Source of the DNA: Deltaproteobacteria bacterium
GTDB lineage: Bacteria > JAGRBM01 > JAHCIT01
NCBI GenBank assembly: GCA_026129095.1
Contig: JAHCIT010000002.1
Span: 248,001 to 312,000 of the forward strand
Direction of reading: 5' to 3'
DNA: 64,000 nt
This document shows positions 20,205 through 29,626 of the stretch, piece by piece (positions within the stretch are counted from its first letter, which is position 1; every line of letters starts with the position of its first letter). A program made the position numbers and the translations under genes. The notes under the pieces were generated by a model, which did no database searches, was not told where the DNA came from, and worked only from the letters and a program-made list of their open reading frames with translations.

Positions 20205-21187
20205 AAGAGCTGCTGAAGGGGCTTTACGCCGATGCCCTGATCGGGGCCGCCACGACGATGGTCCTCGCCGTGGGGCTGCTCGCCATCTTCGCGCCGGTGA
20301 TCGCCAACGACCGCCCGGTGGCCATGCGGCTCGACGGGGAACTGCTGTTTCCCGCCATCCGCGAGGACGGCCGGACCCGGACGCTTTCCCGCGACGAGCT
20401 CATCACCCGGATGACCGCAGACGACTGGGCCATCTGGCCCATCCACGACCAGTCGCCCTACACGAACAACCTCGCCCGGCGGCTGGAGCCGCCCTCGGCG
20501 GAGCATCCGTTCGGGACCGACCAGAACGGCCGCGACGTGCTGGCCCGGATCATCCACGGCGGGCGGGTGTCGCTCGCCGTGGGCTTCGTCTCGATGGGGA
20601 TCGCGCTCGTCATCGGCATCCTGATCGGCGCGCTGGCGGGCTGGTTCGGCGGGAAGACCGACATGGCGATCTCCCGGTTCATCGAGATCGTGATCTGCTT
20701 TCCCACGTTCTTCCTGATCCTCACGGTCATGGCCTTCTGGCCGCCGTCGATCTGGAACATCATGATCGTCATCGGCATCACCGGCTGGACCGGCATCGCC
20801 CGCCTCGTCCGGGGGGAGGTCCTCCGCATCAGGAACGAGGAGTTCGTCCTGGCGGCGCAGGTGACCGGGGCCCGCCAGATGACCGTCCTGTTCCGCCATG
20901 TGCTGCCCCACGCGCTCGCGCCGGTGATCGTCTCGGCGGCGTTCAGCGTGGCCGGCGCCATGCTGACCGAAAGCTCGCTCAGTTTCCTCGGTTTCGGGGT
21001 CCAGCCCCCCACCTCCAGCTGGGGCCAGATCCTGGGCCAGTCGAAGCCCTATGTCCGGACCGCCTGGTGGCTCGTCGTGTTTCCGGGGGTGGTCCTGTTC
21101 CTGTCGATCACGGCCTACAACATCCTGGGGGACCGGCTCCGCGAGCGGTCCGACCCCCGGAGCGTCCGCCGGTCCCGCTCCCGGTGA
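20201..21187 (+). CDS. Peptide ABC transporter permease (OppC/DppC-like)
   Basis: [28 protein letters not shown] overlap with oppB. Confidence 0.93.
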   Translation: MKELLKGLYADALIGAATTMVLAVGLLAIFAPVIANDRPVAMRLDGELLFPAIREDGRTRTLSRDELITRMTADDWAIWPIHDQSPYTNNLARRLEPPSAEHPFGTDQNGRDVLARIIHGGRVSLAVGFVSMGIALVIGILIGALAGWFGGKTDMAISRFIEIVICFPTFFLILTVMAFWPPSIWNIMIVIGITGWTGIARLVRGEVLRIRNEEFVLAAQVTGARQMTVLFRHVLPHALAPVIVSAAFSVAGAMLTESSLSFLGFGVQPPTSSWGQILGQSKPYVRTAWWLVVFPGVVLFLSITAYNILGDRLRERSDPRSVRRSRSR

Positions 21188-21286
21188 CAGGGTCCAGCCC
21201 CCGGTTTGGCACCTTGCTTCCAGGCGGATATGGTATCCTGATACAGCGGTATCCGGACCGGTGAAGCCGGATACGCAGGAGATTGC

Positions 21287-22003
21287 ATGGCTCCTCCCAA
21301 AAAGCGGCTCGGAGAAATCCTGATCGAGGCGAACGCCATCGACGAGATGCAGCTCAAGACCGCCCTCTCGGAACAGAAACGGTGGGGGGACCGGCTGGGC
21401 AACGTGCTGATCGCCCTCGGTTTCGTTGACGAGGGCACGATGGCGAAAGCCCTCTCCAGCCACCTCAAGATTCCGAGCGTGAACCTCACGAAGCAGGAAA
21501 TCCCGGCGGAGATCATCGCCATGCTGGATGCCGAGCGTGCCCGGAAGTTCGGCGTCATTCCGGTCATGTTCAAGAAGGAAGGCACCCGCAAGACGCTGTA
21601 CCTGGCCATGAGCGACCCGACGAACCTGCCCGCCCTCGACGAGATCGGGTTCGCCTCCGGCTGCCAGATCAAGCCGGTCGTCGCCGTCGATTCCCAGATC
21701 CAGGCCATGCTGGCCAAGCATTACGGCGGGGCGGATACCTTTGAGCGGAGCTACGGGGTGTCTACCGGGTTTCGCGGCGGCACCGACGCGGACGCCGGCT
21801 ACCGCCTGCAGCAGGAGATGATGGACCGGTCTCAGAACCTGGAGCCCGCCCCCGCCCGGCGGGAACCGCCCCCGGCTCCTTCCCCGGCGGGCGATGGCGG
21901 GCGGCCCAGGCCTTCCAAGGAGATGCTGGCCCTGATCCGGATCCTGTCGCGCAAGGGAATCATCACCAAGGAAGAGTTCATCGAGGAGTTCCGGAACCTC
22001 TGA
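21287..22003 (+). CDS. Stand-alone MshEN / T2SSE-N domain protein (c-di-GMP-binding motif)
   Basis: Tandem RLGEILI...AL.EQ / RLGNVLI.LG motif, AMSDPTN; no ATPase domain. Confidence 0.85.
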   Translation: MAPPKKRLGEILIEANAIDEMQLKTALSEQKRWGDRLGNVLIALGFVDEGTMAKALSSHLKIPSVNLTKQEIPAEIIAMLDAERARKFGVIPVMFKKEGTRKTLYLAMSDPTNLPALDEIGFASGCQIKPVVAVDSQIQAMLAKHYGGADTFERSYGVSTGFRGGTDADAGYRLQQEMMDRSQNLEPAPARREPPPAPSPAGDGGRPRPSKEMLALIRILSRKGIITKEEFIEEFRNL

Positions 22004-22034
22004 AGCACCGGGTCCGGTCCCAGACGCCGCCTCC

Positions 22035-23024
<990 letters not shown>

Positions 23025-23031
23025 TCTCCCC

Positions 23032-23067
23032 AAAAACAGGACCGCTCCCCTTTGGGGGGAGCGGTCC
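23032..23067 (-). terminator. Intrinsic terminator of pilA
   Basis: 12-bp stem GGACCGCTCCCC/GGGGAGCGGTCC followed by TGTTTTT on minus strand. Confidence 0.8.
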
Positions 23068-23098
23068 GGCATCAAGCCAAGCGAGACTGGCTGTCAGA

Positions 23099-23695
23099 TC
23101 AGCTGCAGTCCGCCGTCGTCGTGTCGTTGCACGAGGCAGCGCCAGCGGAATCCAGCGGGGCCGCGCCGTCAGCCAGGTCGTCCAGGCACATGGCCGGTTC
23201 GCGGCCGCCGGTGTTCGACACGTTGAAACGGTCGGATGCCGTGCCGTCCAGGTTCGGGTCACCGCACATGGCGGCATTGTATGCCGTGCCACGGGCAGGC
23301 GTCCCGCCGTCATCGGTGATGAGCAGGTTGATGTGCGGCTCGTAGGTCACCGCCGACAGCGCGCAGCCGCCACCACCCGGGTTGCACACGTTCGAAACGG
23401 TCGGGTTGACTGCATTCGTGTACAGCTTGATCGGGGAGGCGATACCGAAACCGGCGTTGTAGAGGTCCGTGTAGCCGGCAACGGAGGCCGCGGCAGTCGC
23501 CGCGTTGAAGTTCATGCCTTCCATCGTCGCCGCCTGGGCGCCAACGACGGCCTGCAGAATCACCTTGGCTTCAGAACGGCGCGAGTTCGCCATGAACTTG
23601 AGGAACCGCGGCACCGCGACTGCGGCCAGAATACCGATGATCGCCACGACGACCATCAGCTCAATGAGCGTAAAACCTTTGTTTTTCTTCTTCAT
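23099..23695 (-). CDS. pilA: Type IVa pilin (probable major pilin)
   Basis: Class III signal MKKKNKG|FTLIELMVVVAIIGILAAVAVP; own sigma54 promoter and terminator. Confidence 0.88.
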   Translation of the reverse strand: MKKKNKGFTLIELMVVVAIIGILAAVAVPRFLKFMANSRRSEAKVILQAVVGAQAATMEGMNFNAATAAASVAGYTDLYNAGFGIASPIKLYTNAVNPTVSNVCNPGGGGCALSAVTYEPHINLLITDDGGTPARGTAYNAAMCGDPNLDGTASDRFNVSNTGGREPAMCLDDLADGAAPLDSAGAASCNDTTTADCS

Positions 23696-23781
23696 GATGA
23701 GTTTCTTCCTTTTCCTTTTCTTCTTGCGTGACTTTGCCTGATGGCAGGCCAGCCAGCTTGTCTTGTTGCGCTGACAGTATG

Positions 23782-23797
23782 AGCAAGCCACATGCCA
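23782..23797 (-). promoter_or_regulatory. Sigma54 (-24/-12) promoter of pilin
   Basis: TGGCATGTGGCTTGCT (GG-N10-GC). Confidence 0.85.
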
Positions 23798-23906
23798 TTT
23801 ACCAATCGCGGCAGATGCTTATTCTTTCAATAATTACAGCCATTTATATGAGTCCCATACCGGTACGGTTTTTGTTGGCCCATTTACGGCAACATGCACC
23901 TGCCAA

Positions 23907-23925
23907 AGTGACGTTTTTCGTCACT
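23907..23925. promoter_or_regulatory. Candidate upstream activator site for pilin promoter
   Basis: AGTGACG-TTTTT-CGTCACT palindrome ~110 bp upstream of -24. Confidence 0.5.
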
Positions 23926-23994
23926 CAAAGTGCCGCTGAGCGTCACTCCGGATATTGTCCACAACCCGGTTATGCGGCGCGTCAAAGGCGGGTT

Positions 23995-25380
23995 TCAGGC
24001 CTTCAGCCCATACTCCTTCACCTTCCGGTAGAGCGTCGCCTTGCCGATACCCAGGAGCGTCGCCGCCTCGGCGACGTTGCGGCCGCAAAGCTCCAGAGCC
24101 TTCTCGCAGGCCTGGCGTTCAAGCTGCTCCAGCGTCGGAAACCGCTCCCGCGTCCAGCCGGTTCCCGCCGCGCTGGCCGCCACCGCCGGAGCGGGGACGA
24201 CGCCGCCGGGCGCTGCCATCTGGCCGAACGGGGGCACGTCGGCGGCGGTGATGTATTCGCCCCGCGCCATGAGCGCCGACCGGTAGACGTGGTTTTCCAG
24301 TTCGCGCACGTTCCCCGGATAGTCGTGGCTCTGGAGCAGCTCGATCGCATCCGGCGAGATGCCCCGGATGAGACGGCCTTCCTCGCGGTTGAACTTGGCG
24401 AGGAAATGCCCGGCCAGCGGAACGATATCCTCCCGGCGCTCGCGCAGCGGGGGCACCCGGATCGGAAAGACGTTGAGCCGGTAAAAGAGATCCTCGCGGA
24501 ACGTCCCCTCGCGCACCATGTCGTCCAGCCGCCGGTGGGTGGCGGCCACCACGCGGACATCGGCCTTCACCGTCTCCGCTCCGCCCACGCGCTCGAAGGT
24601 CCGCTCCTGCAGGACCCGCAGGAGCTTGGCCTGGAGGTTCAGGTCCATCTCGCCGATTTCGTCCAGAAACAGCGTACCCCCGGCAGCCGCCTCCACCTTG
24701 CCGATGCGGCGGGCGATGGCGCCGGTGAAGGCGCCCTTTTCATGCCCGAACAGCTCGCTCTCGATCAGGTTTTCAGGGATCGCCGCGCAGTTGACCGCAA
24801 TGAACGGCCCCTTCGACCGCGCCGAGTTGAAATGGATCGCCTTCGCCAGCAGTTCCTTGCCCGTGCCGCTTTCGCCGGAGACCATCACCGTCACACTGGA
24901 TGACACGACACGCTCCAGCGCCTGGAATACCTCGTTCATCGCACGCGAGCGGCCGACGATGTTACGGAACGAGAACCGCTCGCCGGCGGCCGTCTCCAGC
25001 TGGTCCACGCGGGTTTCCAGGCGGCGGTGCGCGACGGCATTGCGGACCGCGGTCGCCAGCCGCTGGAGGTCGGTGGGCTTGAGGATGTAGTCGCGGGCCC
25101 CGTGGCGGAGCGCCTGCACCGCCGAATCGAGCGTCGATTGCGCCGTCACCATGATGACCGGAAGCTGCGGGTTGCGGCCGCGCAGCGACTGGAGGAGTTC
25201 CAGGCCGTCCATCTCGGGCATCTGCACGTCCGACACGACGCACTCGATCTCCGGCGAGTAGCGGGCGAGCCCCTCCACGCCGTTCGTCGCCTGCACGACA
25301 TCGTGCCCGTCGGCGCGAAGGTGCTCGGTCACGAGCCTGAGGAAATTGGGGTCGTCATCAACGACCAGCACGCGGGCCAA
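23995..25380 (-). CDS. Sigma54-dependent response regulator (NtrC/PilR family)
   Basis: Receiver (VVDDD, SDVQMP), GESGTGKE, GAFTGA, PGNVRELEN, Fis-type HTH; TTG start. Confidence 0.95.
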   Translation of the reverse strand: MARVLVVDDDPNFLRLVTEHLRADGHDVVQATNGVEGLARYSPEIECVVSDVQMPEMDGLELLQSLRGRNPQLPVIMVTAQSTLDSAVQALRHGARDYILKPTDLQRLATAVRNAVAHRRLETRVDQLETAAGERFSFRNIVGRSRAMNEVFQALERVVSSSVTVMVSGESGTGKELLAKAIHFNSARSKGPFIAVNCAAIPENLIESELFGHEKGAFTGAIARRIGKVEAAAGGTLFLDEIGEMDLNLQAKLLRVLQERTFERVGGAETVKADVRVVAATHRRLDDMVREGTFREDLFYRLNVFPIRVPPLRERREDIVPLAGHFLAKFNREEGRLIRGISPDAIELLQSHDYPGNVRELENHVYRSALMARGEYITAADVPPFGQMAAPGGVVPAPAVAASAAGTGWTRERFPTLEQLERQACEKALELCGRNVAEAATLLGIGKATLYRKVKEYGLKA

Positions 25381-25436
25381 ACGGGAAACTCCCAGCGGGA
25401 AACCTTCAGCGGTTTCACCGGGGCGGCCCTCACCAC

Positions 25437-25486
25437 CTCAAATTGAGAAGGGACTGTATCACATTGAGAAACATTCTCAATATGAA
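25437..25486. promoter_or_regulatory. Three tandem CTCA-N3-TGAG-like dyads (enhancer-binding-protein sites)
   Basis: CTCAAATTGAG (25437), ATCACATTGAG (25458), CTCAATATGAA (25476). Confidence 0.65.
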
Positions 25487-25577
25487 ACTCATGAACGGAT
25501 ACAGTACGAAGTGCCTAAGGCCATAGAAAATGGCGTAATTTCAGCATGTTATCTGGAATACCCAGCCGTCATCCCGT

Positions 25578-25593
25578 TGGCACAACAACTGCT
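25578..25593 (+). promoter_or_regulatory. Sigma54 (-24/-12) promoter with no credible downstream CDS
   Basis: TGGCACAACAACTGCT (GG-N10-GC). Confidence 0.8.
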
Positions 25594-25603
25594 TTTCAGG
25601 AGG

Positions 25604-25672
25604 CTCAGAGCACTTCTCCTCCTCAAACATGGCCCCGGGCGTCTACTCCCCAGACGCCCGGGGCTCCTCTTT
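25604..25672 (+). ncRNA. Candidate sigma54-dependent small RNA (~70 nt) with anti-SD motifs
   Basis: Lies between sigma54 promoter and a 13-bp perfect stem (25632..25664) with CCTCTTT tail; CTTCTCCTCCTC tract and ACTCCCC loop. Confidence 0.6.
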
Positions 25673-25678
25673 CCGGTG

Positions 25679-26623
25679 CTATTTCTGAAGGTAGTGGGCG
25701 ATGCCCTTCGCGTTGATCTCGTGATCCAGTTCGAGACTGTCATTCTCCGGTGCACCGGCCGGCACGCCGCGGGCCGACAGTTCCCGGCCGACCTCGCGGC
25801 GGAGCCCGTCGCGGACCGGCTCCCAGCCGGGGCCCGCCGCTTTCGCAATCTCCACGAACCGGCCGATCCAGTCCCGGCTCCCGGCCAGTTCCTCCACCGT
25901 CCCCAGCGAGAAGTGGGTGAAATAAAGGCGCGGGAGCCCGAGCGATCCGATCCGCTCCATCGTGCGGACCAGTTCCGGCGGATCGAACTCCGAGGGCGAC
26001 GTGGTGGGCAGTGCCGGAACAAAACCGTAGTTGCGGAACCACGGATACCGGACTCCGGCGTTGTCGCCGGTAAAAACGCCCCGGGAAGCGGGATCGGTCA
26101 CGACAAAGTGGTGACGGGCGTGTCCGGCCATGTGAAGGCACCCAAACCGCCGCCCGGTGGAGAGCTCCACGTGGCCGCCATCCGGAATCTCCACGACCCG
26201 CTCCGCCGGGACCGGTACAATGGGCGCGAACTGCCGGTCGAAGCTATCGCCGTAGACCGCCCGCGCACCGGCCATGAGCCGCGAGGGATCAACGAGATGC
26301 CGCCCCCCGCGGGGATGCACCGCCAGCTTTGCGTTCGGGAGCCGTTCCAGCAGCCATCCGGTCCCGCCCGCATGGTCCAGGTGGATATGGGTGACGATGA
26401 CCCACTCGACCGCGGCGGCCGGTATCGCCAGCGTCTCCAGCGACTTCAGGATGCGCCAGGCAAGCGGCGCGGCGCCCGTTTCGATGACGGCGGCGGCCCG
26501 CGCATCGCCCACGATGTAGGCGCAGGTCCGCTCCGCCCTTCCGCCTTCGAGCAGGTCCACACAGTGAACGCCGGAGCCCAGATCCGCCGGCGGGACGAAC
26601 TCCCCGGTTCCGTTCATGGCCAC
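25679..26623 (-). CDS. MBL-fold metallo-hydrolase
   Basis: THIHLDHAGG, GHARHH, FTGD, FTHF. Confidence 0.92.
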   Translation of the reverse strand: MAMNGTGEFVPPADLGSGVHCVDLLEGGRAERTCAYIVGDARAAAVIETGAAPLAWRILKSLETLAIPAAAVEWVIVTHIHLDHAGGTGWLLERLPNAKLAVHPRGGRHLVDPSRLMAGARAVYGDSFDRQFAPIVPVPAERVVEIPDGGHVELSTGRRFGCLHMAGHARHHFVVTDPASRGVFTGDNAGVRYPWFRNYGFVPALPTTSPSEFDPPELVRTMERIGSLGLPRLYFTHFSLGTVEELAGSRDWIGRFVEIAKAAGPGWEPVRDGLRREVGRELSARGVPAGAPENDSLELDHEINAKGIAHYLQK

Positions 26624-27327
26624 ATCTCCACCGTCGTCCCCGCCAGCGACGCCCCGGCATCGGAGCAGGCGAAGACGGCCACGCGGGCGACCTCGGCCGG
26701 GTCAAGGGCCGTCTCCGCGTCCGGCAGCGTCTCCCGCAGCATGTCGGTGCGGACCGAGCCAAGCTGGATGGCGACCACCCGGACGCCGTGCGGCTTGCCT
26801 TCGACATGGGCCACGTCGGTCAGGCCCTGGAGGCCGTATTTGGAGGCCGAATAGGCCGCGAAACCGGGGAACTTCGGGAGCCCCAGCTTGGCCGACACGC
26901 TCGACACGTTGATGATGACGCCGCCTTTCTGCGCCGTCATCAGCTTCATCGCTTCCGAGCAGATCTCAAAGGGTGCGAGCAGGTTCACCTCCAGCACTCT
27001 CAGAAACTGATCGCGGGTCAGCTCGCCCAGCGACCGGACGATGTTGATACCGGCATTATTGACTACAATGTCAATTCGCCCGAAGCGGGCGGCCGCCTGC
27101 CGGACGAGCCCCGCGCCCGTTCCGGGCGTTTCGAGCAGGCCCGGAAGCGCGATCACTTCGGCGCCGGCGGCCTTCAGCTCCGCCGCGACCGGGGCGGCCG
27201 ATCCGGCGGAGCGGGAATGGACGGCGAGACGGGCCCCCTGCCGGGCCAGCTCCAGCGCCACGGCGCGGCCGATGCCGCGCGAGGCGCCGGTCACCAGGGC
27301 CACTTTTCCCTCCAGCGATCCCTGCAT
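26614..27327 (-). CDS. SDR family oxidoreductase
   Basis: TGASRGIG, NNAG, YSASK. Confidence 0.92.
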   Translation of the reverse strand: MQGSLEGKVALVTGASRGIGRAVALELARQGARLAVHSRSAGSAAPVAAELKAAGAEVIALPGLLETPGTGAGLVRQAAARFGRIDIVVNNAGINIVRSLGELTRDQFLRVLEVNLLAPFEICSEAMKLMTAQKGGVIINVSSVSAKLGLPKFPGFAAYSASKYGLQGLTDVAHVEGKPHGVRVVAIQLGSVRTDMLRETLPDAETALDPAEVARVAVFACSDAGASLAGTTVEMWP

Positions 27328-27332
27328 GCCGC

Positions 27333-27935
27333 CTAAAGCCCCGCCGATCTCAGGAATTCGTCACGCTGGCGGCGGCTCCGGCGGAATGTGCCGCTGAACG
27401 CCGTCGTCACGACGCGGGCCCCATGCTTCTTGGGGCCCCGCGAGCACATGCAGAGCTGCTCGGCCTCGATCCGGACGGCGACGCCCCTGGGCCGGAGCAC
27501 CCGGTCAACCGACTTCAGGATCTGGTCGGTCATCCGCTCCTGGGTCTGGAACCGGTGGGCGAAGCAGTCCACCACCCGCCCGATGGCCGAAAACCCGGTC
27601 ACTGTCTTTCCCGGCACGTAGGCGATGGCGGCGCGGCCGACGAACGGGAGGAGGTGGTGGCAGCAGATGGAGGTGAAGGCGATGTCGCGGACGATGATCA
27701 TCTGGCCGCTGAACGCCTCGATCGGCTCGGTCTTGAGGAGCGCCGCCGGATCCTGCCCGTATCCGTCCAGAACCTCGGACGGCCAGTCGCGGGCGACGAT
27801 CCGGGGGAGCGAGCGGACATAAGGGTCGTCCACGCCAAGGCCCGTGAGGAAATCCCGCATGGATTTCGCGACGAGCGTGGAACGGCCCCGGCTGTCCGCC
27901 CGTTTCCGCTGCGTCTTTTTCCGCTGGGCTGCCAA
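27333..27935 (-). CDS. folE: GTP cyclohydrolase I family protein (divergent active site)
   Basis: C-x-HHLLPF, QERMT, GVAV.IEA..LCM..RG; start uncertain. Confidence 0.8.
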   Translation of the reverse strand: MAAQRKKTQRKRADSRGRSTLVAKSMRDFLTGLGVDDPYVRSLPRIVARDWPSEVLDGYGQDPAALLKTEPIEAFSGQMIIVRDIAFTSICCHHLLPFVGRAAIAYVPGKTVTGFSAIGRVVDCFAHRFQTQERMTDQILKSVDRVLRPRGVAVRIEAEQLCMCSRGPKKHGARVVTTAFSGTFRRSRRQRDEFLRSAGL

Positions 27936-27939
27936 CTGC

Positions 27940-28305
27940 TCAGGCCGCCCGCTCGTCTTCGCCGCCCCGGTAGGTCACGTACGAATCGTGCGTCTCGTAG
28001 AGTTTCACCTCGAACAGGCCGGGAAGGTCCGGCCTGATCTGGTTCCAGATCCACATGGCGATGTTCTCGCAGGAGGGGAGCGGGATGTGGTTGTTCAGGA
28101 AGTTGTGGTCGAGTTTCACCAGCACGCGGCCGCGGACGATGCCATCCAGGTCGTCGAAATCGAGGACCATCCCGGTTTCGGGATTAACCCTGCCCTTTAC
28201 GGTCACGTAGAGGAGGTAGCTGTGGCCATGCAGGTTCTGGCAGAGCCCGTCGTGATTGGGGATCTGGTGGGACGAATGGAAGCGGAATTCCCGTGTGAGC
28301 AGCAT
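27940..28305 (-). CDS. queD: 6-carboxytetrahydropterin synthase / PTPS family
   Basis: F..SH...CQNLHGHSY, GMVLDF, LDH, ENIA, LYET. Confidence 0.88.
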   Translation of the reverse strand: MLLTREFRFHSSHQIPNHDGLCQNLHGHSYLLYVTVKGRVNPETGMVLDFDDLDGIVRGRVLVKLDHNFLNNHIPLPSCENIAMWIWNQIRPDLPGLFEVKLYETHDSYVTYRGGEDERAA

Positions 28306-28397
28306 GCAGAACCTCGCCTCCGGGGAACCTATCCGTCCCCGGCCCCGGCGAGCAACCCCGGTGTCACGCGGGCAGGGAGTAAAGGAGTATTCCGGCC

Positions 28398-28742
28398 TTA
28401 CGCCTCGGCGAAAGCCGTTACGGGGGCCGATTCCGGCAGGTTTTCCGGCTTGTGGGCGAGCCGTGCGCCGCACTGTTCGGCGACGCTGCAAACGGCCGAG
28501 GCGGCCGTCATGGCGTCCGATTCGATCACCGCATCCTTCCAGTCCAGGACCACGTGGTCGAGATCGCCAAGGGCCTGCCGGGCGCCCATGAGCTGGAGAA
28601 TCAGCGCCTGGGCGGCGGCATCGTCAACCAGCCCGTCGAGCTGCCACTGTTCCAGGCCGAACGCGGGCGGATGCCGGCGAAGCCGGGCCTGGTCCCCCAG
28701 GGGGACCACCCGCGTGGCGGTTCTGAAGCTGACAGCGCCCAT
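28398..28742 (-). CDS. Hypothetical protein, weakly STAS-like
   Basis: GGGAG RBS; L.G.VD...VVLDW pattern. Confidence 0.45.
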   Translation of the reverse strand: MGAVSFRTATRVVPLGDQARLRRHPPAFGLEQWQLDGLVDDAAAQALILQLMGARQALGDLDHVVLDWKDAVIESDAMTAASAVCSVAEQCGARLAHKPENLPESAPVTAFAEA

Positions 28743-28854
28743 CTATGCCTGACTCCCTGAAAACCGGTTTCAAACGGCCGGAGGCCCCCCGCTCGGAGGG
28801 CCTCCGGAGTTACCAGTGAACATGGCCATGACTGGACGATCGACAAGGGGGCTG

Positions 28855-28889
28855 AAAAGAAAAGGCGCGACCCCAAGGGGCCGCGCCTT
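28855..28889 (-). terminator. Intrinsic terminator after beta-barrel gene
   Basis: AAGGCGCG(A)CCCC/GGGG(C)CGCGCCTT stem followed by TTTTCTTTT on minus strand. Confidence 0.8.
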
Positions 28890-28934
28890 ACCCGGTTCCC
28901 GGTGCCCTTCCTTCCGGGGAAAGGCCCGTGAATA

Positions 28935-29540
28935 TCAGCGGTCGAGCGAGATACCGAGTCCCACCGTCAGGCGGTGGTAGTCGCCCTTCACCTCGCCAAA
29001 ACCGCGCATGTAGGTGTAGGTCGGTGCCAGATAGACGTTCACCAGCGCGTACATCTTGACGCCCACGCCCACGTTGAACACGCCGCCGTTGCCGCTCGTG
29101 GAGCCGGTGCCGATGTTCGACCTGTTGAACATCAGGCCGCCGCCAAGGAACCCGAACGGGACGATTTCCTTCGGAATCGCCATGACGCCGCGCCAGTTGG
29201 GGAACTCCGCCTGGCCATTCAGCGTGAAGAGATAGTCGTTGGCGCTGCCACCGAAGGCGCTGAACCGCTGCCAGGCGAACTCCGGCCGCACGCCGAAGGC
29301 GACGAACGGCGCAGGCTCGATCTCGTATTGCGCGTCGCGGTTGGAGGTGCGGAACAGGATGACTCCCGACCCGCCCAGCGTGAAGCCACCCTTGCCGTCG
29401 GCGTTCACGTAACCGGTCGAAATGTCACCCGTCCGCTCCCACAGCTTGATCCGGTATCCGCCGTCATCCTGGGCGCGGGCGGGAGCCGCCGCCAGCACCA
29501 GGCCACACAGCGCCGCCATGACCGCGAGCTTCAGTTTCAT
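28935..29540 (-). CDS. Small outer-membrane beta-barrel protein
   Basis: Signal peptide ..APARA; alternating strands PFGFLGGG, FNVGVGVK, LTVGLGISL. Confidence 0.75.
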   Translation of the reverse strand: MKLKLAVMAALCGLVLAAAPARAQDDGGYRIKLWERTGDISTGYVNADGKGGFTLGGSGVILFRTSNRDAQYEIEPAPFVAFGVRPEFAWQRFSAFGGSANDYLFTLNGQAEFPNWRGVMAIPKEIVPFGFLGGGLMFNRSNIGTGSTSGNGGVFNVGVGVKMYALVNVYLAPTYTYMRGFGEVKGDYHRLTVGLGISLDR

Positions 29541-29626
29541 TGTCCTGTTCCCCTTCTTGCCCATAGTTCCCGTTTCCATCGAGTGCCGGTTCATGCTGAT
29601 GCCGTTCATCACTGGGTACCGCCCTC

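Noticed and set aside
21206-21222. TTGGCACCTTGC as a sigma54 promoter for the MshEN gene
   Set aside because: GG-to-GC spacing is not 10 nt
23696-23791. Lys-rich N-terminal extension of the pilin in the ORF track
   Set aside because: Start lies inside the sigma54 promoter; the extension is the purine-rich 5' UTR
25629-25688. 19-codon ORF downstream of the second sigma54 promoter
   Set aside because: The only SD (AGGAGG) lies upstream of the predicted +1 and far from the ATG, which is preceded by anti-SD sequence and runs into a 13-bp stem
25346-26854. 502-aa + strand ORF
   Set aside because: Runs through regulatory DNA and antisense to the MBL/SDR genes; no motifs
28765-28820. c-di-GMP-I or preQ1 riboswitch upstream of queD
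   Set aside because: Only a GCCTCCGGCC fragment resembles GEMM; the GGCAAAC/GAAA/GACGCAAAG core and preQ1 consensus are absent
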